From the NCBI RefSeq assembly GCF_009914755.1, contig NC_060935.1: a stretch of DNA of 64,000 nt; one strand, written 5' to 3'. Shown piece after piece: positions 51,375-64,000 of the stretch. The position numbers and the translations under genes were made by a program. Source of the DNA: the human T2T-CHM13v2.0 reference genome, Homo sapiens. The stretch's first letter is position 1. Each line of letters opens with the position of its first letter. Below the pieces are notes generated by a model, which ran no database searches, had not been told where the DNA came from, and saw only the letters and a program-made list of their open reading frames with translations.

Positions 51375-52019
51375 GCACTCAGGAGCCTCAGCTGCGGGGC
51401 CCTGGCCATCGGTCCGAGCCATGGCTCTGTCTCTTAACTAGCAAGCCACTTTCCCTTCTCCAGCCTCAGTTTCCTTAACTGTAGAATACGGGTGATAACA
51501 GCTACCTCACAGGCTGCCTCTGGAGTTCAAATAATTCAGTAAGAAAAGAATGTTTGTCAAACATTAGCTGCTACTGTTTAGGACCCACAAGAAAAGTTAT
51601 CATAGTGCAGGGGAGAGATTACACCTACTGGGGCGCTTCTGTCTGTCAAAAGCCTCCCTATTGTACATGGGTCCCCCAGACTCCCCCCACCAGAAGCCAC
51701 CTCCTGCAGGAAGTCTTCGAGATGTTCTGTCCCCACACTGCTTTGCGCATGGTGCAACAGTTTCTGCAGTCTGGTTCAGTGTTACCTGTGGCACACCTGT
51801 CTGCCCTGCGGGTGGGCTCTATAGCATTATTGTTTCTAGACTCCCCTCCCAGGAGCCTCCCTGACATGTGGCCTCACGTACAGCAGGCCACAGCCTTGGG
51901 TCATTCCTTCATTCATGCATGGGGGCACACAGGTACATGTGCTGTCCAGGCTCCCCTGTGATGATATCGCCACTCATCTGTGTTTACTCGTTTGTGAATT
52001 CATGCCTGCACACCCATAT

Positions 52020-52130
52020 TTATGATTAATTCATCCACCCATACCCCATCCATCCATGCCTGTATCCACCCGTCATTCATCCATGAATCCATCATCCACC
52101 CACCCATGAACCATCCCTCCATCTAAACAC
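52020..52130. repeat. Degenerate (CATC)n tract in intron 2
   Basis: catccatcc/cacccatc repeats. Confidence 0.7.
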
Positions 52131-52197
52131 ACACAGATTGATGCCTGAATTCCTTCACCCGCACCCACATGCATTCAGCAGCCTCGCCAGCTCCTAC

Positions 52198-52433
52198 CTC
52201 TCTCCAGGTCAAGCAAATAGTTGGGGGCGAGCTCAATGGAGGAGCAGTTCCAGCGCATGTCGGCAAAGGCCCGGCGACAGGCCTTCATGACCTCGCGGGC
52301 GGCGTGCACCACCGTGTGCATGAGCTCCAGGTTGCTGCGGCACAGCTGCACCTGTGCAGACACCAGACCCTCCAGCTGCTTGCAGTGTTGCGTCTGGTTC
52401 AGTGCCAGGGCCGATGGTGTCTTGGACAGCGCC
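52198..52433 (-). CDS. WNT11: WNT11 coding exon 2 (236 nt; [17 protein letters not shown]...RWNCSS...LDLER)
   Basis: Acceptor tgcag|G at 52434/52433 and donor G|GTAGGA at 52198/52197. Contains the Wnt RWNC motif. Matches ORF 52175..52492. Confidence 0.98.
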
Positions 52434-54564
52434 CTGCACACCATGGAAAGGCCATGACCGATGGAAGGAGAGACAGGGTTGTCAGGGGCCACATGGCCTC
52501 CACCCGCCCTTCTGGCCCCAGCCTTTCCCTCAATGGACTTTGCCTCCTGGTTTCCTGGCTCCTTCCAAAAAAGGCTCCCAAACTGTCAGCTGGCAGAGCA
52601 GTGGATCCCCCTCACACCCCATGTGACCTTGGGCACATCACCGTCCCTCTCTGGGCCTCAGGCCCTATTCATAACATAGGATCACAACCCCATCCTACCT
52701 AAGCTTTAGGATAATTATACTAACAAAACAGCTGTACAGTTCACAAAGCTCACCTCCACCACCTGATTTAGTTCTCACACAGCTGTGAATTATTAGTCTT
52801 TGTTCAACATTCATTCAACACTGAGCAGCTACGTGCCAGAAACCATGAGAAATGCTAGATTCTTATGATCACAATAATTATACATACTATTAACTGAAGC
52901 CTTTCTAGATGCGCTACATGAGGTAGGAGTTTTCCATCATTGTTTCATGTGATTACTAAACCCATTTATTATGTTGTAAAGTCCCATATCCATGCAAGGA
53001 ATTCCTAATAAAGGATTAAAGAGCCACTCAGTTTTGTGATGACCTGGAACTTGAAAAATTTAGTATCTAATTCAGACTTGGCCATTAACTTGTTGTGTGA
53101 TCTTAGATAATTCATTGCCCCTCTTTGGGCCTCAGTGTTTGTACTTATAAACCGTATTTCCCAGAATGGGCTCCAGTGAGACACTCTGACAAAAGGGATC
53201 CATGTGGGGAACACGATGTACTATGTCCCTGCTTGGAGAGTCAGGATGCACATTTACGTTTTAAAGGTCCTGAGAAGTCCTGCAGCAAAGCAACAGGCTT
53301 GGTGTTAAAATTCAACTCAGGGAGTCTATTGAGTACAGTGAGCACAGAGCCCTTTGCTTGAGGCTGCTGACTTCATCCACCTCGTCCGTGCTTTGGGAAA
53401 CGTTAGCCTGGTGGGTCCCTATGAACCCTGGTGATGTTAGAGGACCCAAGAGCCTCCCAGATCCCAGCTCTGGGCACCTGGGTTCCAAGACTCTAGGACC
53501 AGGCCCCTCCTCGATCTGCCGTTCTCCTAGGCCTTCTCTGAGGGCAGCCTGCATCGGCAGCACTTAAGGACCCCACAACCCTAAAGGACTCCACATGGAC
53601 TCACTCTCAGTGCCCCAACCCACAGCAGAGGCCGTCTGGAACCCAGAGTCAGCTGGCCTTCAGCAACCCAGCAGAGACCCAGGAGCGACAGGGAACCAAG
53701 AGGGGGCCATTCTGCAGCCAGAAGTGCTGAGTGCCCCGCCTGCTGTGGACCCAGCGGTCCTCACCCAGGGTCAGGGCTGAGACCTGGCAAGGTAGAGATC
53801 CCAGAACCCCTGGGCTGAGTTCTGAGGGAGGCAGCCCATTGCCAAGGGCACTGCACAGGCTTGGGTAGACTCCAGGCTATATCACTCCCCTTGCGACCTT
53901 GAGCAAGTCACTTAACCTCTCCTCTCCCATCAACCTCCCAGTATTAACTGAGGGCTTAAATCAGACAATGTGTGTCACACGTTCTGCCCAGGGCTGACAC
54001 TCTGTGGTCAGTGGTCAGTGATGGAAGCTACTACAGTTACCACCTTGGTGGTCTTTTCCTACCTGTGGGCAGCCTCCCTGGACCTGCCTAGTCAAGGCCA
54101 AGGGCTGCTGCTTGACATTCAGGGCCCCTCAAAGCCTGGCCTCCCAGCTCTCGCCAGCCTCCCATCCTCATCCTGACATCCAGCTACACCAGGTTCTTGA
54201 CTTCTCTGAAAGGAACTGTCTTGCCACCATGCCTTTGCCCAAGCTTTTCCTGATGCCAGGAATGCCTTTCCCCCTGCTTCTGGACATGAGTGAACTTGAT
54301 CTGCTTGTGGAAGAAGTATTTACTAAGCACCAACTCTTCCCAGACTCATTTGGTAATGAATATGACATAGATCCTTTCCTCAAGGATGCCCTAGTCTAAT
54401 GGCTGGATAAAGCTACCAATCATTATAAATCAATGACCCAGCTGTTCTCACTCCTGGCCTAGCCCCAGGAAGAGCACAAGCCTTGGACACCAGCTGTGTG
54501 ACCTAGGTAAGTTATCCAACCTCTCTGGGCTTCATGTTCCTCATCTGTTACAAAGAAATGATAA

Positions 54565-55531
<967 letters not shown>

Positions 55532-58500
55532 TCATAGATGAAGCTAAGTCCCCCGCTTGTTGCCCAGCAAGTATTGGACCAGATGGAGTGAGAAGGCCTG
55601 GGTTCTCACTCAAGCTCTGTCCTCTATGTGCTGTGCAAACTTGGGCAAACTATTGCCCCTCTCTGGGCATCAACTACAACGTGAGGACCTCTCAGGGTCC
55701 TGCCAAGGCTGAATGATATGTGCTACGGTAAGTACTCAATAGGTTCTTTCATTTCCTCCTGCCTCTCACGCTCTGCCATGTCCCACCCACCCTATAACCC
55801 CCAAAGATAGAAACCTTCCCAGAGACCCAGAAAGCAGGGCCTGGTGTCTGTGGTTAGGGCGGCGTGACTCGCCCTGTGTAAGATCAACTGTGGTGTCCAG
55901 GGCAGTCTCCCCTCACTGCCACCCCCTAAACTATGAGTCGGGAAATGTCTGGTGTGTCTAGATGCCAGCATCCGGCACAGGGTGGGCCACACAGCATCCC
56001 TCAGACGCGGTTTCTTGACCTAAATGGAACTGTTCTGGCCTGCCCTGGCCTCACCTTCTTGGGGAACCTGTTGCTGAACCCTGCCTTACTTCCTGGGTGG
56101 GCTCTGACCACACAGAGGCAAACGTCATCACCTCAGTGTGTTTCCCGGTTGTCAACAGCTCTTCCACCTCCACCCAGCAAACCCTGTCCCTGCGTGCAGT
56201 GCCGTCATGGGGTAAACAGCTCCATATGGGCATGGCCCTTCCCGGTTGACAGAGCCTCCCACTTCACACCTCAGAGGGCAGCCCGGAGGGGATGATCAGC
56301 CCTGCTTTAGGGGCTGTGCTTGTCCAGCACCCGCCAGCAGGCCCCGTCATCCTTCTTGGTGAGGCTGTCAGTCCCTGCAGGCACTGGGGTCACTTCTCTC
56401 TGGGTCCCCACTCTGCTTTGCTCTGAGCGGTCCCCACCCAGCCCGTCCTGAGCCTGCTCTGCCGCTTGCCCTCGCCCAACTTTCTTCCCGCTCCTTCTGA
56501 GCCAGCTTCCTCCATTTTCAAATGAGAAGGACAACGTGGGCGACAGCACATCAGCGCATGGCCTAGCAGCAGGCTCATGGCACATGGTGGGCGTTCAGGC
56601 AGTGAAGGCAGCCTCCTGTGTCTTTCCCTGGGCTCCGGCTCAAGCCACGGGGTGGGACGATGGGGGCTGAGCCTCTTCCTGGGGAGCTCAGTGCAGACAG
56701 CTTGTGAGTGCTGGGTGCTGCAGCTCTAAAGGAAGGGAGCCTGGTGCTCCTGGTGCCTGGGTCTCCTAGGCTGGGACCCTGGGGTGAGCCCTGGAGCTAC
56801 CCTGGGTCTCAGTCTTTCCATCCTCCCCAGAAGGCTCAGGGAGAAGGTGCTGTCAGAGCACCTTCCAGACGAGGCTCAGACTCCCCAGGCGGCCCAAGGG
56901 TAAATGAGAAACAGATCCAGAGGCCCTGGTGGGCCCAGAGCAGTGTGAAGGCCCAGGGGCCCGCCTTGGAGGCTGACGCTGGGACAGGAGCAGGCTGCCA
57001 TGCGTACTAGGGAGGCCACCCGCCCACAGGGGCTGCAGGCAGAGATCACAGGCGGGAGGCAGCAGATTCCACTCCCGAGGAGGGCCATGCGGTCATCTGG
57101 TAATTAGTGGTAATGACCGTTTCCAAATAAATCCCCCTTGGGGAGGTAATCAAGGATTAGGATGGGAGGTGGGGGAGTTCTCCTTGTGGACATCTTGCTC
57201 GCTTCACTCCAACAGACCCCTAATTGGAAACATTTCGGTTTATCTGGGGGTGGGGGCCTGGGGGAGAGGGTGGAAGAAAGGACAGGAGGGAATGCAGAGT
57301 TCACAGGCGAGGCCCGAGCTCAGGGCCCTACCGGGGTGGCAAGGCCTCCTCTCATTCAGGAGTTGGGGGCCTTGCTGGGACTGGCTGGGGCAGAGACCTG
57401 GGTTCAAGCTCTGGCTCAGCAGCTCTCTCCCTGTGAGACCTTGGGCAAGTCACTGCCCCTTGCTCCACCTCAATTTCCCCATCCATACTGCTCAATGCTT
57501 AAGAACAATGCAGGCTTTGACATTGGTAACACAAGCTGCCAAATGACTTCACTGAGGTATTTTCCTGGTGGCGCCAGCAACCCTACCCTCAGGCCGCTCT
57601 AGGGGACCCGCCTGTGTAAGGCACCTTCAAAGAAGGGCTTCCTTCCTGGACCTGCACTTCACAGCATCCCTCTCCCTCTAGGCACAGGGGTCAGGTCACA
57701 TGATGAATTCTAGGCCAGAGACCTGGCAGCCAGGTTCAGGCTCCTTTAAGTGACCTGGGCCCCAAGTTCCCTCTCTGCAGTTCTGCAGCTCGGCCGCCCA
57801 CGGTGCTGAGTGGTATTGCCAGACCATTTCCAGGTGAGGCTTCGGCAGAGCTGGGCTCAGAGGGCCTCAGAAGGTGCCCCCATCAGCGCCACCCAGAATG
57901 TAGCCTGGCAGCTGCCCACCCAGGGAGAGAGATGGGGTGAGGTCAACAGATGGCGATGAGAGAGACCCTGATGCCCACATCTGTGCTTCTGGGATGAGGA
58001 GGATGCTGATGAGGGCTGCGGGCTGGCTTAGGGACTCAGTCTTGCCCTGGAATCCCCATGCTTCTGCATCTGTGGACCCTGCTGACCCTGAGGTGGGAGA
58101 ACAATTGAGTCGAGGAGATCCTGTTCTCCCAACCAGACCTTTGTCCCTCCTTTCCCCGTGTCTCTTTGGGCTTTCCTGGGCCCCACCTCATGCTGGTGCC
58201 CATGTGGCAGGGAGGATGGAGCAGGACCCCAGGCTCTAGGCCACCCAGGCAAGCCCAGCCTCTCCCCAGGCTTCCGTCTACTCCCCTGGGGCAACCTTGG
58301 GGAAGCTCTCCCTCCACGACTCCTCAATTAACTCTTCAATTAGGCACCAGGTCTAGGAACCGGGGAGAGGTCTAGGAACCTCGGAAGTGCCCCTTCTTCA
58401 CCAGCCATCCCAGCTTGGGGCTGCAGCTGCCCGTTCAGGAAGAAGAAGCCCCTGGGGCCCCACAGCCTGAGAGTCCTCCTGTTCTCTCCCTCCTGGGCTT

Positions 58501-59609
58501 TGTCCCAGGACTCCAGAGTGAAGAGGGACTAGTCCAGCCCTTGTCCTCACTGTATAGATAGAGAAATGGAGGCTGATGAAGGGCCTTGAGCCTGCAGATC
58601 CAGTCCTGCCTGGAAATGACACTGGGTCCCCTTCACACCTGACTGCCCAGACCTCAGAGATGGAAGCCTGTCCCCTTGGCCTCACACATGCTGACCCACC
58701 TGTGCAGCCCATCTTGCAAAGGTAAAGCCCTAACAGGCCTTGGTCTGATGCTTCTCAACCAAGAAACCAAACGGCAGCTGCCACAGCATCATGAACTCCC
58801 ACTGTGCAAGTGGGGAAACTGAGGCCCGGAAAGGGCAGGGCTTGCCCAGATCTGTACGCAGCCAATCAGAGGCAGAGACAAGCTAGACCCCAGGCCTCCT
58901 GCATCCTGAGGTAGGGCTCCTTCTACCTCTATCTTAGAGCTGAGGAAACTGAGGCTCAGAGAAGCTAAAGCGATTGACCTGCAGAACTCAGGCTGGGCCT
59001 TGCAGTCCCAGTCTGGCGCTCCTTCCACCCTACTCTGCAGCGCCATGGCCCTCTAGAGCCTCCTGGCCCCACCTCCGTGGGAGTGGCAGGTGTGGGACTG
59101 CCCAGGGAAGGGGGCGGCCTTTATGGATGTTCCCAACCGGCCTGGGCCTTTCCTCTCACCCCACCGCTTCCGTGGTTCACAGGAGAGTGGGACTCCCCTC
59201 AAACCCTCCCCCTACCCAGGAAAGCCAAGAAGGGGGTGGACAGCCCAGACCTGGGACCCCGAATACTTGAGGGGCTGGGAGTCTTCTGGTGCCTGGCCTG
59301 GGTGGAGGTAAGGTAGGGAAGGATCCCCAGGTTATTTCTGGGCAGGTGCCTCTATGGGCAGCCAGGTTCTGATCCCCTCTCCCCAGCCCCCATCCCACCA
59401 GCTCAGCCTGCGTCCCAGGCACCCACCAGGTGAGCATTCCAGGCCACTGGGCCATGTTGGCTTTCAGTTCCTGTGCCAAGTGCCCCTTTCATCTCCAGCT
59501 CACTCTCCAAAGCCCAGGCCAGCGGAGGCTCCTGGGTGAGTCCCCGGCTTTCCAGCCTCACTGAACACTTCCCTGCTCCCAGCTGTGCTGGGGCTCCCTG
59601 TGCCCAACA

Positions 59610-59915
59610 GTCCACAGAGCTAGGCAGCTTAACTCAAATCCTGCCTCTACTACCTCTGAGCTGTGACACCCTGCTAGGTAGAGTCCCCCATCTCTGTGTG
59701 CCCCAGTCTCTGTTTCCTCTTCTGTGCAACGGGGGTAATAGCAGCACCCACCTCACAGGGTGGTTGGGATATTTAAATGGAACAATATACATAAGGCACT
59801 TAGAACGGCACCTAGCACAAAGTGAGGCCATGTGTGTGTAGACATATATGTACATATACATAGATATATGCACGTGGCCTACACACGTGTATCTATATAT
59901 ACACATGCATACACA
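59610..59915. mobile_element. MIR followed by a (TA/CA)n low-complexity tract (one of many MIRs; others near 1.5-1.9, 7.9, 14.7, 18.8, 24.3, 32.7, 38.3, 47.8, 48.2, 58.8 and 63.1 kb)
   Basis: MIR core motifs (ctcagtttcctc, gaggaaactgaggc, ctgtgtgaccttgggcaag). Confidence 0.7.
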
Positions 59916-62039
59916 GATCGTTGTTATTCTTAAACTCCACCCCTTTTCCCACCTCCCCCTCTATCTTAAACTCTAGCAAGACTTTAATCCCCTATTGCTA
60001 GACTATCAGTTTCTCATAGGAGTGCAGTATGATCTAACTTACATGACCCAAGCTCTCGGAGCAGCGTCTGGGGCACTTAGGAGTAGGCTCTTGTGGTGCC
60101 TGGTTTCTCCAGGTCTCCCCGCATGCGCTGTTCGGCCTCCAGGCTTCTGCTCGTGCTGTGCCTCCCGCCTAGGACGCCTGCTTTGCACTCCGTCTCTGAC
60201 CATCCAAATCCTCCCTGTCCTTCCAATCCTGGCCTATGCATCTCCCTTAGATAGAACTGATCACTCCTCCTCTGGGCTGCCATGCTCCCTCTGCTAGGAC
60301 ACAGACCATAGTCCACTTTGTATTTCTATATGTCCATCTCCCCCAAGAGCCTGGGGGCTTATTTAAGGCACACAATGAGTTGTACCCATTTCTGTGGCAG
60401 CCTGACTTTGCAGTGGGGACAGAGGACATGGACGTCAGGTTTAGCCAGCCGTCCATCCCACCACAGGCCAGCGTGGGGGCTTGCGTGCATCATGCCCTTT
60501 GCAGGGTCTCGGTGTTCCCACTGTGGAGCAGGGATGATGGCAGTGACCCCACAGGACTCTTATGGGCGGCAAATGACACCCAAGCCCACTGCAAGGCCTC
60601 TGACGCTCCTTCAGCCAATCCTCTCCTTCCCTGGACCTTAGTATCCTTATCTGTAAAATGGTGGCGGTGGATGAGAGAGCTTGGACTCGCTGATCGGAGG
60701 TCCCTGCCAGCTGGAACAGTGCTGGGTACCCCATTGCAAAAGGAAGGTGGCTGGTTTCTCACAGAACTCCTCAGGGACAGCTGGGAAAAGCTAGTGCCCA
60801 GGGCTGGGAGATTGCTGAGACCAGGCTTCTTGTAAACAAGAAAGGCAGGAAGACGGGGTTCCCTCCTCGAATCGTCAATTAATCAATAACTTGGCCTGAG
60901 AAGGGGCAGGGCCAGTGACCTCCAGACTGTTTGCTGGCGGCGCAGCCACTATCACCCTGTCTTCCAACTAATTCACAAACCCTTTGCAGCGCCCTCCCCA
61001 GCCCCCACAACCTGCCCCCTGCTGTCTTATCTGCAGGCTCCCTGCCCTGGCCCCAGATTCCAGACCCTTGTCCTGTCCTGGACTTTCCCTCTCAGGGAGC
61101 CCCTCTGCCCACAGCGTCCTCTCCATTGCCCGAACCAGCCAACTCCCAGCAGCGCTTCAGTCACCAGAGGCACAGCCTCGGAAAAGCTTCCCGGTGTCTC
61201 ACATCTGTGTCCCCACCAGGTGGGCTTCCTTCCTCTAGGCCTCCAGATTCCCGCTCTGGTTTCTCCTCGGGCACTTGGACACTTGTGGAGTTATTTACAG
61301 CCTGGGCTTATCTCTCTCAACTTAGAGCGCAGCTCCTCCGGGAAGGGGCTGGTGTTTACTCCTCTCTTCACCACCCCCAGCCCCCTGAGCAGGCACTCCC
61401 TTCAGCTCGGCACCAAGCCTCTCTCTCCCTCCTACCCCTGCGTGAATAATTTCTATCTAAAGGAATGCCCTGCACATGTGCACAGTGGCATCTGACAGCT
61501 TCTGAGGTCCTTTCAGGAGCCTCTTCTCATCTGATTTGAGGGAGGTGGGGAGTCTCACCCTCCCGTGACAGAGGAGGACAAGGAGGCCCCAAGAAGTAGA
61601 GTGACACTTTCCCAAGGTCGCCCAGGTGGAGGGGTCAGGAGTGTCTCAGCGGAACTCCCGCTAGGGTCAAGGAGACTGACGGACAAGGACCGCTCCTGGG
61701 CTGGCCGCTCTGGATTGCGCCCCCTGAACAGAATGTCTTTTTCCATCTGCCCCTGCGGAGGTGGCCAGAAACTCCGTGGCCCTTGCGCCACCGTCAGCTG
61801 CACAGGACCAGGCGCTTCCATTGTGGTCCACGCCCGTCTCACTCCCTTTTCGCAAGCCTGCGGGAGGCAGGGACATTTTACAGAGGAGGAAACAGAGGCT
61901 GAGGGATGACTTGCCCACGACCGCCAAGCCAGCTTAGGCTCCCGGGTCTTGGTGCGCTCGCCCCATCCAGGGGACCCCAAAACGCCCTCCGCCGCCCCAG
62001 TCCCTGGCCTGTGCGCGTGGACGCGGGGTCCCTACTCAC

Positions 62040-62122
62040 AGCCACTTGATGCCATAGCACACGCCGGTCTGGAGCGCCAGGGCGAAGAGCAGCGCCTCGC
62101 AGACCTGCGGCCGCGCCCTCAT
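62040..62122 (-). CDS. WNT11: WNT11 coding exon 1 (83 nt; signal peptide [28 protein letters not shown])
   Basis: ATG at 62122-62120 in context gcgACGATGA. Translates to the recognisable WNT11 signal peptide. Donor CT|GTGAGT at 62040/62039, phase 2. Confidence 0.98.
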
Positions 62123-62282
62123 CGTCGCGCGGCGGGCGCGCCCGGGGTCACACCCAGGAGGAGCCGCGCCGAAGTCCTCCGCCTGCACGGCCGCCGCTGG
62201 TCCTGCACGCCGCCTGCAGCCGGGGAGAGCGGAGGCGGCGGGTTAAGGCGGCGCGCGGGCGGGGGAGGCGTTTTATTCAAAT

Positions 62283-62289
62283 TACAAAG
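62283..62289 (-). promoter_or_regulatory. TCF/LEF consensus site CTTTGTA in proximal promoter
   Basis: Plus-strand tacaaag equals CTTTGWW on the minus strand, next to the TATA-like element. Confidence 0.55.
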
Positions 62290-62794
62290 GAGGGGTCGGG
62301 GCCCGGGGAGGCCGAGCGCGGCGGGCGTCCCCTCCCGCTCCGCCCGGCCGGGGGACGCGTCCCGCGCCTGGCTCGAATTAGGCGCGGCCGAAGGCGTGTC
62401 TCCCAGCGTGGCCCCGGGCCCCAACGCGCCTTCGAGCCCCTCTGGCCGGGGCAGCCGGAAGGAGGGACAGGAGGCGGCAGAACCGGAGACCCCAGGAGAG
62501 ACCGGGCAGACACAGCGAGAGGGAGAAGGACGCTCAGAGGACAAGGCTGAGAGCCACGGAGACAGAGGGGGAAACCCGGACAGACGCAACCTGGGACGGA
62601 AAGGAGAGGAATGAGGAATCAGGAGTCCAGGCGAGGCAGCAGAGTCGAGGACCCGGAGCTGGGGCTTATCCCTGCAATATTGAGCATTAGTTAATAGGGC
62701 CTCGGCAATTCTCCTTCCCAAACGTGTTTCAGTTTACCTCCTCAGTAAGCTGGGGCAATTCGGGCACAATTCCGCTTTTATAAAGAACGTTCCC

Positions 62795-63153
<359 letters not shown>

Positions 63154-63379
63154 CTATCGCTGCCTCATCTCACAGATGAGGAAACTGAGGCACAGAGGTG
63201 GGGTTCAGCTAGGGAGCGGCAAGCCGGGTGTCCGGCGAAATCAGGAAATGGGGCTTGCTCGGGGCCCTGCTTTCTCGGTGTGGGAAGGGGAGGATGGGAA
63301 ACGGGATGGTAGGGCTCTTTGTACAGTGAGGATTCCGAGTCTCCAAGTCCGTCTTTAGCCGCTCCACTTTGGAGGGTGG

Positions 63380-64000
63380 GAGTGGAAGCATGCGGGCTGG
63401 GACTGGGCAGCCCCGCCTTAGCGAAGCGGGGAAGCTCGCGGGGCTGGCGCGGTGTTGCCTCTGGCCTCCAGGCGGCGCCCTCGGGCCGCGGAGGAGAGGC
63501 TGCCCCGCCCGCCCGCAGCCCGCGGAGCAGCTATCTCCGCTTTTTTTCTCCTTCACTTCATTCTCACCTCATTAACTCCCTTCCCAGCTTCTCCCAAATT
63601 TACCAACACCTGGCGTTCGCCCGGAGTCAGACACAGCCCCAGCCCCTCTCCCCTCGGGAGGAGCAGAGACAAAGGGATTCCTTTCTAAGGGTTTGGGGAG
63701 TTGGAAAAGGAGGCGCCCACGGTAGTGGGGGCGCTGGAGCAGAAAAGGGACGTTCTTATCTGGCTCTGTGAGCTTGGGCAAGCCCTCAGCCACCCCAGCC
63801 TCGGTGTCCCCTTCCATAAGAACGAGGAATGGGGCTTCGCCGTGCGTCCCCCGAGGACCCCGTCTCCCTGCAGCCTGCGGGGCTCAGCGCCCCTCTGCTA
63901 TTTGCACCGCGACGCCACCTGCGTGGCGCGTTCCTGCGCGTGGGTAGTCAGCACGCAGAGATGGGAAGCCCCACTGTTTTCTGGAGCCTGTCGGCAAAAC
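63380..64000. promoter_or_regulatory. Second CpG-rich segment upstream of WNT11 (runs off the window edge)
   Basis: CpG-dense at 63390-63540 and 63830-63960. Confidence 0.65.

Larger units (their letters stand above)
61900..62640 (-). promoter_or_regulatory. CpG island / WNT11 promoter and 5' UTR
   Basis: Very high CpG and GC content around exon 1, GC boxes, and an AT-rich TATA-like GAATAAAA (minus) at 62278-62271. Confidence 0.9.

Noticed and set aside
52169-52702. 177-aa ORF antisense to exon 2 (and similar ORFs antisense to exons 3-5)
   Set aside because: This is the expected shadow of GC-rich codon usage.
62186-62188. In-frame GTG 22 codons upstream of the ATG (possible N-terminal extension)
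   Set aside because: Mediocre context (+4 C) and no supporting evidence. It would need initiation-site Ribo-seq.
61949-62721. 221-aa (+) and 200-aa (-) ORFs across the promoter; the minus one ends on TGA overlapping the WNT11 ATG
   Set aside because: Stop-poor CpG-island sequence. The starts are non-ATG or lie upstream of the likely TSS.

Overview
Human (primate) genomic DNA, GC-rich and full of Alu, MIR and L2 repeats. It contains the complete five-coding-exon WNT11 gene on the minus strand. The CDS is 62122-62040, 52433-52198, 50560-50283, 47572-47280 and 42955-42781, which sums to 1065 nt (354 aa); every intron is GT-AG. The gene has a CpG-island promoter near 62.0-62.6 kb and an AATAAA at 42141-42146. 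From memory this is 11q13.5 with UVRAG just left of the window, but no UVRAG coding sequence is visible. The left ~42 kb is intergenic sequence downstream of WNT11. It holds transposon relics, a 1.1 kb hierarchical VNTR, two short local duplications and several motif-dense candidate enhancers. I found no second protein-coding gene, RNA gene or CRISPR-like system. The most interesting leads are all inferences that need testing. (i) Inverted intronic Alus flank exons 2-4 (807 nt, stop-free when circularised), and the reciprocal skip would give an in-frame 85-aa 'mini-WNT11'. (ii) A CAG acceptor 4 nt inside exon 5 would open a long alternative frame, giving an NMD-escaping isoform without the Cys-rich C-terminus. 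(iii) The 3' UTR has a PRE/CPE/hexamer cluster. (iv) The VNTR is rich in CACGCA cores. Repeat subfamily calls come from remembered consensus sequences, and repeat boundaries are approximate.
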